From the NCBI GenBank assembly GCA_045636385.1, contig JAZTXK010000068.1, forward strand, positions 3,248 to 67,247: DNA of 64,000 nucleotides, read 5' to 3'. Below are positions 16,115-23,222 of the stretch, piece by piece. This stretch comes from Eubacteriales bacterium (lineage in GTDB: Bacteria; Bacillota; Clostridia; Oscillospirales; CAG-272). Made by a program: the position numbers and the translations under genes. The notes under the pieces were generated by a model. The model was given only the letters and a program-made list of their open reading frames with translations. It was not told the origin of the DNA and searched no databases. Each line of letters starts with the position of its first letter. Positions within the stretch are counted from its first letter, which is position 1.

Positions 16115-17434
16115 TTAACCTAATCTTTCAATAAGCTCCTCGGGGGTGAGTTTGACGAATTCGAATTCCCCGATATCTTTGAGAATGACCGCGCTGATCT
16201 TGCCGCCCGACGATCCCTTTTTGTCGTGGCTCAAAGCTTCAAGAACGGCATTTTTATCCGAAATATATTTTTCAGCATCGGTGTCAAGACCGATGTTCGA
16301 GAGTGCTTTTTTAAGTCTTTCTTTTACCTTCCCCTCGCACATCGGCGGAATTCCGAGGGCGACGCACTCGCCGTGGAGAAGTGTAAGTCCGAGCGAGCTT
16401 TCGATGGCGTGTCCGAGGGTGTGACCGAAGTTGAGAACCTTGCGAAGTCCACCCTCACGCTCGTCGATCTCAACGACGTCGCGCTTTGCCGTGACCGCGC
16501 GGACGATGATCTCGTCGATCAGATCGGGAGAAGAAAGAACGTCGTTCTTTTCAAATATTTCAAAAAGCTCGGGATCGGACGTCGCGCCCATCTTCAGCGC
16601 CTCGCAAAGACCGTTTGAAATTTGGCGAGAGGAGAGTGTTTTGAGCAAATCGGGGTCAATGAAGACGGCTTTCGGCTGGTGGAAAGCACCGATCATATTC
16701 TTATAGCCGTCGAGATCGACCGCGGTCTTTCCGCCAACCGAGGAATCCACTTGCGCGAGAAGCGTTGTCGGGATATTATAAAAATCAATTCCTCGCATAT
16801 AAGTTGCCGCCGCGAATCCCGCGAGATCGCCGACGACTCCGCCGCCGAGAGCGACAACCGCATCGGTGCGGGCAAATCCCGCCTCGAGCATCGCGCGGAG
16901 GGTGTTTTGCAGAGTGTCGAAATTCTTGTTTTCCTCGCCCGCGGGGATGACGTGCAGTATCGCGCCCTCGCCGAGGGAGGTGAGAAGTCTTTCCGAATAT
17001 TCCTTCGGCACACCGCTGTCGGTGACAACGAGGATCTTTCTGTCCTTTTTAACTATCTTTTCAGCCGCGAGGTCAATTGCGCCTCGGCTGATCTCTATAT
17101 CGTAGCTCGCCTCGCCGAGCCTTACGGGGATCGTTCCCGCACCGACGCGAATGAGGTCTTCCTGAAAACGGCGCGAGACAGCCATATTGTTTTTGAGAAA
17201 TTCGATATAATACGGAAGGAGCTCTCCGTCTTCGATCAGCGCGGAATTTTGATCGATGACCTGCTTTTCGCGCTCGGAGTCGAGTACCTGCAAGCCGTGT
17301 GCGATCTTATATTCCGCAACCTTTCGGACGGCGTTCATTCTTTCCTCGAAAAGACGCGCCATCTCGCGGTCGACTCGGTTTATCGTTTCTCTTGCTTCCT
17401 CGAGCAGAGTTTTCTTTTCCATCGACATTTTCAT
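16115..17434 (-). CDS. aroB: chorismate mutase (AroQ-class) / 3-dehydroquinate synthase fusion
   Basis: 439-aa ORF. The N-terminal 90 aa is a CM helix bundle (LEEARETINRVDREMARLFEERMNAVRKVAEYK..DSEREKQV..VSRRFQ). DHQS follows (GGGVVGDLAGF, PTTLLAQVDSSVGGKT, NFGHTLGHA). SD spacing favours ATG 17428 as the true start. Confidence 0.9.
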   Translation of the reverse strand: MKMSMEKKTLLEEARETINRVDREMARLFEERMNAVRKVAEYKIAHGLQVLDSEREKQVIDQNSALIEDGELLPYYIEFLKNNMAVSRRFQEDLIRVGAGTIPVRLGEASYDIEISRGAIDLAAEKIVKKDRKILVVTDSGVPKEYSERLLTSLGEGAILHVIPAGEENKNFDTLQNTLRAMLEAGFARTDAVVALGGGVVGDLAGFAAATYMRGIDFYNIPTTLLAQVDSSVGGKTAVDLDGYKNMIGAFHQPKAVFIDPDLLKTLSSRQISNGLCEALKMGATSDPELFEIFEKNDVLSSPDLIDEIIVRAVTAKRDVVEIDEREGGLRKVLNFGHTLGHAIESSLGLTLLHGECVALGIPPMCEGKVKERLKKALSNIGLDTDAEKYISDKNAVLEALSHDKKGSSGGKISAVILKDIGEFEFVKLTPEELIERLG

Positions 17435-17448
17435 ACCTCAATAAATAT

Positions 17449-17488
17449 GCCCGCAAAGACTCGCCGACGTGGCGAGAAAGTTGCGGGC
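17449..17488 (-). promoter_or_regulatory. leader terminator-like hairpin (candidate attenuator) of the aro operon
   Basis: Minus strand: GCCCGCAA-CTTT-CTCGCC-ACGTC-GGCGAG-TCTT-TGCGGGC then ATATTTATT, about 14 nt before the start codon. Its 9-mer CGCCACGTC (17474->17466) is complementary to GACGTGGCG at 17618->17610. Confidence 0.45.
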
Positions 17489-17655
17489 TGTTATGCATTC
17501 AAATTAATGAACGGCAACAAAACCATATCGGTTATGCTGCGCACTCACGTCTTGCAAGGCAGCCCGTATGGCTGAAGAAATAGTAAAATCGAGTGTTCGT
17601 CAGAATTACCGCCACGTCAGAGTGCCCTTTAAATTTTGTTAATAATTATCAATTG

Positions 17656-17685
17656 ATTATACACCTAAAATATGGTTTTTGTCAA
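17656..17685 (-). promoter_or_regulatory. sigma-A-type promoter of the aro operon
   Basis: Minus strand: TTGACA (17685-17680), 18 nt, TATAAT (17661-17656). Confidence 0.5.
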
Positions 17686-17721
17686 GGGTTGCATGTAAAA
17701 GTCACAATTTGTTAACAATTG

Positions 17722-18321
17722 TCAATCTTGCGATTCCCACTCGTAAGGAAGGACGCTGTATTTGTATTCTGTTATATCGGCACTCACTTCCTTCGGAATT
17801 GAAACGAAGATTATCCAGGATTCCATATCGCAGGTGAGGGGAGGTTCAGTGGTCCTGACGATGATGTTACAGAGACCCGATTCGATCGAAATATCTTCAA
17901 TGTCATATCTCTCGCTGCCCGATCCTGCCTCTATAAAGATCATCAAAAGATCGTTTCCCGCGAAAAAAACTTCATCGTAGCCATCAAGCAGTCGGTATTT
18001 ATTTGCCATACGTGCCGCGTTTTCCTTAAATTGCTCGGTTTCTGATCCGGAGTTATTGATTATATTTACACGGAAATAATTATTCTCCAGTTGCATAAGC
18101 TCATCGCGGTCGGCGGCAAGAAGCATACCGTATCGCGCATCATCTTTGCCGGCGGTGAGTCCTTCCTCTTTGATTGCTTTGTCGGAATGTAAGTGATTCA
18201 TTATCGCAACGCTGTAATTTTTACCGTTATATTCGCGCGGCTCGGCTTTGAGAGTCATAGAATGTACGTCTTTGATGTAACCGCGTGTGTAATTCTCGGG
18301 ATAAACGGTACTTTCGGGCAT
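17722..18321 (-). CDS. hypothetical protein; probably the C-terminal part of a frameshifted lipoprotein gene
   Basis: Track ORF 17722..18381. Sensible sequence begins at MPESTVYPENYTRGYIKDV (ATG 18321). Overlaps the upstream ORF by 67 nt in another frame. Confidence 0.5.
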   Translation of the reverse strand: MPESTVYPENYTRGYIKDVHSMTLKAEPREYNGKNYSVAIMNHLHSDKAIKEEGLTAGKDDARYGMLLAADRDELMQLENNYFRVNIINNSGSETEQFKENAARMANKYRLLDGYDEVFFAGNDLLMIFIEAGSGSERYDIEDISIESGLCNIIVRTTEPPLTCDMESWIIFVSIPKEVSADITEYKYSVLPYEWESQD

Positions 18322-18638
18322 TTTTCGATCTCGCCGCTGTAAACGACCTCCACGACAGTTCCTTCTGCCGGTCTTGGGCAAGGTTCACCGTCAGTAAAAT
18401 TCGTCAGATAAATATAAGTCCACTTTTCGGTTTCTCTCGATCCTTCCTCCGGGCGCAGTATTACGTACCCTTGCTCATAAAGCACTTCATGTGCATAAAA
18501 CGAATGCAGGACAGGTTTTTCGGGAGCTTTTTCGGTCGTTTCGGGAGAATATGTGGTTTCGGTAGTGCCATCAAAGCAGGAAACAAATGAAAACAGCATA
18601 AACGTTGCCAATATGAATGCGAGTAGCTTTTTCATCAT
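18255..18638 (-). CDS. lipoprotein fragment (N-terminal part of the frameshifted gene)
   Basis: Signal peptide MMKKLLAFILATFMLFSFVSC. Reading frame is lost at the A5 run 18325..18321. One extra A would join ..VVYSGEIEK to MPESTVYPENY. Confidence 0.5.
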   Translation of the reverse strand: MMKKLLAFILATFMLFSFVSCFDGTTETTYSPETTEKAPEKPVLHSFYAHEVLYEQGYVILRPEEGSRETEKWTYIYLTNFTDGEPCPRPAEGTVVEVVYSGEIEKCPKVPFIPRITHAVTSKTYIL

Positions 18639-18881
18639 TTCATTTTTCTCCTTTTGCTTTTCACTATATAAGATAGATTTTTTCGTCCGAAAGTTTCATT
18701 TTTCGGAAAAATTAATCAATTATTTTTCAACTTTATTATATCATAATAATATATAAGTGTCAACAAATTTTTTTGGACGTGGGTATCCCATTCGGGTGTC
18801 GGAAAAGTGTGACATTTTTAAGGATATTTAGACAATTTTTAACCATTTACGCCCTAAATATAAAATTTTGTTGAAAATAGG

Positions 18882-18910
18882 TTGACCGCGTGCGGGCTTT
18901 GTGGTATACT
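18882..18910 (+). promoter_or_regulatory. sigma-A-type promoter
   Basis: TTGACC (18882-18887), 17 nt, TGgTATACT (18902-18910). Confidence 0.6.
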
Positions 18911-18918
18911 ATCTCGGT

Positions 18919-18954
18919 TCGCAAATACAATCGCAAATACAATCGCAATTACAG
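18919..18954 (+). repeat. 12-bp tandem repeat x3 in the 5' UTR
   Basis: TCGCAAATACAA TCGCAAATACAA TCGCAATTACAG. The last unit runs into the AGGAGA Shine-Dalgarno site. Confidence 0.8.
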
Positions 18955-18961
18955 GAGAATC

Positions 18962-20893
18962 ATGAAACTTTCAGTCAAGATCGCCGCGCTTTTGATCGCG
19001 ATCACTTTGATCGTTCCGATCTTTTTTGCTTGCAAAAACATCGGCGGCGATAAAAATAATACGGTAAATAACGATAAGGATGAAGTCACGACGGCTGCCG
19101 AGATTGCCGAGCAGTATCTGCCCGAATCCGAGAAGGGTGTCGTTACCGCGCCCGAGGCGGGAGCGAAGGTGTATAATATCATTTTCGCGCTTGCGACGGT
19201 GCCGCCCGTCCTTGCCGCGCTCGACGCAATTGAGAGCGGTCACGAGACCTACGCCTTGATCGAGAGGGGCAAGACCTACAACGGTATCTCCGAGGTAGCC
19301 GCGATCGAGAACGCGGGCTTCGATCCCTCGGATAATCTCAGCAACGGATTTACCTCGGAAGAGTTCGATCTTATGGTCGAGAAGGTAAAAGAGCTCCGCG
19401 AGGGGGAGGAAAACAGCTTTTTCTATTTCTACTCGCAGGACGCAACCGCGCTCAAGTGTGCGGCTATCGCGGCGAATGCGAATATTCCGCTTGAGGACTT
19501 CCACGTTTATATGTGCGAGGACGGAAGCGGTTCGTACAAGACCTTCCGCGAGACTTTCGTGGACGGCAAGTATGCAAACGATGAAAAGGACGAGCCATAC
19601 GAGGCGTTTATGAACATCCTCGGCGGCGCGGGAATGAATTTCACGACAGTTATGTCGCGCAGAGATAACAAAAACTCGGACGAGGCGCTGAAATATAATA
19701 TCGCGTCCGCGTTCGCGCTTTCCCTTCTTCCCAACTTCACCTATTGGCTCCAGAGCGCGGATCAGATCGAGAGCATTCTTCTCGACACCCGCGGCAGTGC
19801 GCTTCCCGCGCTTTTCGGTCTCGAAGGACACGAGGGCGACGGAGTTTATTCCGCGAACGTGAGATATCAGACGATTTCTGATAAGATCTCGACTCTTTCC
19901 GATAGCCAGAAGGCTGATTACCTCACCCTGATGTACGGCGATTACTACGAAAACACCTACGCCGCGCTTACGAGGGGTGAGCGTGCGGGCGAGCCCGCGC
20001 CCGAGGAAAAGCTCGTTTTCATCGGCGCGAGATACGGATATTACCCGAAATTCGCCTCGGAAGAGAAGTACGGCATCGGCGGCTTGAGAGACGGTGACGT
20101 ATTCCCCGCGAGCTACGCGGAGCTTGATGAAAAGTACAAAAACGTACTTCTTTTCGCCACCGAATCCGATTACGATGCCTTCCTCTCGGTAATCAACGAC
20201 AGCGCAAACTATCCCGAAAATGCGCCCGCTGACGTAGTCGATGAGATCCGCCGCGAGTGCTTCAATCTCTATATCGACTATATTTTCACGATGAAATTCA
20301 CCTATTCGCTCTACGGCGGCGAGTACGATATCATCCTCAAGGGACATCCCCGCGAGGTGCTCGGAGCTTACGGCGAATGGGGCAAGCGGTATAACGTCGT
20401 TCGCACCGAGGTTGAGGGCGACGGACTCAAGGAAACGAAATTCTGCTTCGACAAGCTTCTTGATAATGCGCTCATCGCGTTCCACAACGAGGATTCGGTC
20501 GGTAAGCTCATAGGAATGGTGCCCTTCGGCACTGCGGCTGAAAATCTCGCTTATCTCGGCGTTGATATAACCGTTTGCGGTCTGCCCTCGTCGACTTACA
20601 GCGGACTTGACGTGGGAGTGGACGTGCTGTTCATTATGGCGGAGACCGACGAGTCGATCTGCGGCGACGATTCGCAGGTCAAGGATCGCTTCAACGCGGG
20701 CAATCTGACCTACGGCGATGGCGTTCCCACCGTATTTTATAACAACGGAAGCGTCTGCAAGTACACCGCAGAGATACTCGCCTCCGCGGGAGATAATTCA
20801 TCCTCTGCGGACTTCGAGCGCCTTTTCTCCGCGTGGCTCGCGGCAAACCGCCCCGGCTCGGACGATATCGACGCGCAGGGATTTGGAAAATAA
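18962..20893 (+). CDS. lipoprotein with GT80 (PmST1-type) sialyltransferase-like motifs
   Basis: ATG 18962 follows AGGAGA; the track ORF starts at 18890. Signal MKLSVKIAALLIAITLIVPIFFAC. Motifs in GT80 order: YMCEDGSGSY (19517..), ADYLTLMYGD, ILKGHPRE (20339..), PFGTAAENL, GLPSSTYSGL (20588..). Confidence 0.6.
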   Translation: MKLSVKIAALLIAITLIVPIFFACKNIGGDKNNTVNNDKDEVTTAAEIAEQYLPESEKGVVTAPEAGAKVYNIIFALATVPPVLAALDAIESGHETYALIERGKTYNGISEVAAIENAGFDPSDNLSNGFTSEEFDLMVEKVKELREGEENSFFYFYSQDATALKCAAIAANANIPLEDFHVYMCEDGSGSYKTFRETFVDGKYANDEKDEPYEAFMNILGGAGMNFTTVMSRRDNKNSDEALKYNIASAFALSLLPNFTYWLQSADQIESILLDTRGSALPALFGLEGHEGDGVYSANVRYQTISDKISTLSDSQKADYLTLMYGDYYENTYAALTRGERAGEPAPEEKLVFIGARYGYYPKFASEEKYGIGGLRDGDVFPASYAELDEKYKNVLLFATESDYDAFLSVINDSANYPENAPADVVDEIRRECFNLYIDYIFTMKFTYSLYGGEYDIILKGHPREVLGAYGEWGKRYNVVRTEVEGDGLKETKFCFDKLLDNALIAFHNEDSVGKLIGMVPFGTAAENLAYLGVDITVCGLPSSTYSGLDVGVDVLFIMAETDESICGDDSQVKDRFNAGNLTYGDGVPTVFYNNGSVCKYTAEILASAGDNSSSADFERLFSAWLAANRPGSDDIDAQGFGK

Positions 20894-20899
20894 TATAAA

Positions 20900-20943
20900 A
20901 GACCGATATGCCTGATCAAACGGTAATATCGGTCTGTTTTTTG
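20900..20943 (+). terminator. rho-independent terminator
   Basis: AGACCGATAT..ATATCGGTCT followed by GTTTTTTG. Confidence 0.7.
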
Positions 20944-21017
20944 TTTGGATATTATGTATAAAATCAAACTTCGAATTTGTACTAAATGATGAAAATGCAT
21001 AAATTATGTTGTTTTCA

Positions 21018-21046
21018 TTGACAAAAAATTGTTAATATGATATAAT
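21018..21046 (+). promoter_or_regulatory. sigma-A-type promoter at the edge of the AT-rich island
   Basis: TTGACA (21018-21023), 17 nt, TGaTATAAT (21038-21046). About 150-nt leader before ATG 21200. Confidence 0.55.
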
Positions 21047-21262
21047 GGTTACAGCAAGATATATTTCTACAAGGATGATAAGCCGATGTTCCGTTTTATA
21101 TAGCGGAATGCCCGGAAAATACTTAACCTATCCGGCAGATTCCGCATAGGGTGCACTATGCTAAAAACTAAAAATAATATTACAGAGAGGTAAATCATTA
21201 TGAAAATGACTCGTCGAATTCTTGCATTTACGATGGCTGTGATTATCTGAGTTTCCTTCTGT

Positions 21263-21721
21263 ATGACGCATATTGCAGCGACTCCGCACGAATCATACGA
21301 ATGGATGGGTGATCCCATCGAAAGGCCTTTTATTGAAGGTCAGCCTTCAAGAATGAAGGTATATTGCACAAATTACGGCTGGAACGAAGAGGTCGATACA
21401 GATTTTTACGCGTTTACCATTGCCGATAGCGTATATTACGCCAATGATAGGCAGTATTATGCTCAGGCATCGGTCAGCGTAGGACTCTACTATGACGACG
21501 AGCAGTATTGGATAAACGAATCGGTTTCAGCGGATTGCGATGCTACAGTCCGGGGACTGACTGCAGAAGCCTATATCGCCGGCAATGATCTTATTGATAT
21601 GGATCACGGTATTGAGCATTTTTCCACTAATCATAGGATTGATATTTGTATTAATGACGGCGGAGTGATGGTTCCCATAGATAATTACGGACCTTCTATA
21701 GGAGTTACGACATCTTACTAA
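21263..21721 (+). CDS. hypothetical protein; probably a secreted protein interrupted by an in-frame TGA
   Basis: 152-aa ORF. In frame upstream, ATG 21200 (AGAGAGG SD) encodes MKMTRRILAFTMAVII, then TGA (21248..21250), then VSFCMTHIAATP. That reads as a signal peptide broken by one stop codon. Confidence 0.5.
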   Translation: MTHIAATPHESYEWMGDPIERPFIEGQPSRMKVYCTNYGWNEEVDTDFYAFTIADSVYYANDRQYYAQASVSVGLYYDDEQYWINESVSADCDATVRGLTAEAYIAGNDLIDMDHGIEHFSTNHRIDICINDGGVMVPIDNYGPSIGVTTSY

Positions 21722-21791
21722 ACATTTTCGTAACCACGCGGTTTTCCGCGTGGTTACGATTTAGAAAAATGTTTTATTTATTATGGAGTTA

Positions 21792-23183
21792 ATGATGAGT
21801 AAAATAACTTTTATTCTTACATTATTACTGCTCGTATCCGTTCTTTCCTCTTGTTCTTCGATATATGTAAGCTCGCCTGATATAACGCGGGATTATACTA
21901 TGGAGGTTGATCCTAATGAAGAATATTTTACTTCGGGAGCAGTGGTAAACAGAAATGATGGCAAAGGTAGGATCTATAACGATTATTGGATATATCTTGA
22001 AACTCAAAGTTACCAGGAATATATTAAGACAAATTCCGACGGAAGTGAAAAGTGGGCGAATCGAAGCGTAAAACGATGGGTGAAGCTGAATACCAAAACA
22101 GGCGAAGTATCAAGCCTTTGCCTTATTCCCTCGTGTACTCACAGTCCGGGCTCGGACTGCCCAATGATAGTTACCGGCGGTACCGCACTGATACAAGGGT
22201 TGATAGATGATTGGTTCGTATTTTCATATTATCATAATCCCGGTATGAACGCGGATTCCTTGGGGTATATTCCGGAGTCATATATTTATAACCTGCAAAC
22301 AGGTGAGCTTATTAAGCTTTTGGAATACGATTTGTCGGGAACTGTTATATCAAAAGCATCCACATGGTGCTTTTTTGAGGATGAAATGTATTTTGTTAAG
22401 GATGTGTTTGATTATTCGGATTCAGGATATATTCCGGGAAAAGATATGCCGGATTATTTTGTCCCCGAAACCAGATCGTATTTGTGTAGATTTGATATTG
22501 ATATCAAAGAAATATCCGAAGTAATGGAAATTCCGACTGAGTATGAGATTTCTGCAATAACAAACAGACGTTTTTTCTTTATTGATGATAAAAAAGAAAT
22601 ATACTCTTGCGATAGAAATGTCAAAGCATTGACAAAAGAAAAGGTTTTGGACTTTTCCCCACAGGAGTTTTGCGGAATATATGCGTATAATTTTTCCAAC
22701 ATAGAAGGCGGAGAGCTTCTCGTATATAATATCAGAACCGATACCAAATCCGTTATTGATACCGAATATACCTACCGTCAGGCAATAGCCACGAACGACG
22801 GAATAATAATGACCACCTTCAGCGATTCGAACGAGGGGTATTCCGAGATCACCGAACGCAGGAGTGAGTTTAAGAACGACGCCGAAATGCTCAAGGCGAG
22901 GGATAAGTACAGATATGAGTCTACTGCCTTGGTATATATGCTGAGCTTCGACGGCAGTAGCCGCAGTCTTATATTTGAAAAGGACAGGATTATAATCACG
23001 GCTTATCTGAAATCCGATAAATACCTGTGTGGTATGCAGAACGGTATCGATCCCGATAACGACTATGAGTGGGTCGCTCTTCCGAACAGCGGCAGAGTTC
23101 TGATCGATATCGAAACCGGAGAAATAACCCCCGTGCCGTACCTCGAGCTCGTTTATTCCGAGGGTTACAGAGCGGTTGAATGA
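21792..23183 (+). CDS. lipoprotein, function unknown (AT-rich gene)
   Basis: Track ORF 21783..23183. Signal MMSKITFILTLLLLVSVLSSC. Repetitive Tyr/Asp-rich body suggests a beta-rich fold. No catalytic motif recognised. Confidence 0.75.
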   Translation: MMSKITFILTLLLLVSVLSSCSSIYVSSPDITRDYTMEVDPNEEYFTSGAVVNRNDGKGRIYNDYWIYLETQSYQEYIKTNSDGSEKWANRSVKRWVKLNTKTGEVSSLCLIPSCTHSPGSDCPMIVTGGTALIQGLIDDWFVFSYYHNPGMNADSLGYIPESYIYNLQTGELIKLLEYDLSGTVISKASTWCFFEDEMYFVKDVFDYSDSGYIPGKDMPDYFVPETRSYLCRFDIDIKEISEVMEIPTEYEISAITNRRFFFIDDKKEIYSCDRNVKALTKEKVLDFSPQEFCGIYAYNFSNIEGGELLVYNIRTDTKSVIDTEYTYRQAIATNDGIIMTTFSDSNEGYSEITERRSEFKNDAEMLKARDKYRYESTALVYMLSFDGSSRSLIFEKDRIIITAYLKSDKYLCGMQNGIDPDNDYEWVALPNSGRVLIDIETGEITPVPYLELVYSEGYRAVE

Positions 23184-23190
23184 AAATAAT

Positions 23191-23219
23191 AAAGACCGAT
23201 TCATTGAGAACCGGTCTTT
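23191..23219. terminator. bidirectional terminator between convergent genes
   Basis: AAAGACCG-ATTCATTGAGAAC-CGGTCTTT. Confidence 0.55.
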
Positions 23220-23222
23220 ACT

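Noticed and set aside
21248-21250. TGA recoding (Trp, Gly or Sec) as the explanation for the in-frame stop.
   Set aside because: Numerous well-defined genes in the window terminate at TGA with correct lengths, and no SECIS-like hairpin is evident immediately downstream. A nonsense mutation or a sequencing error is simpler.
21067-21318. 83-aa minus-strand ORF in the AT-rich leader region.
   Set aside because: It overlaps the promoter, leader and start of the + strand gene. It has no SD site, and its composition is typical of random ORFs in AT-rich DNA.
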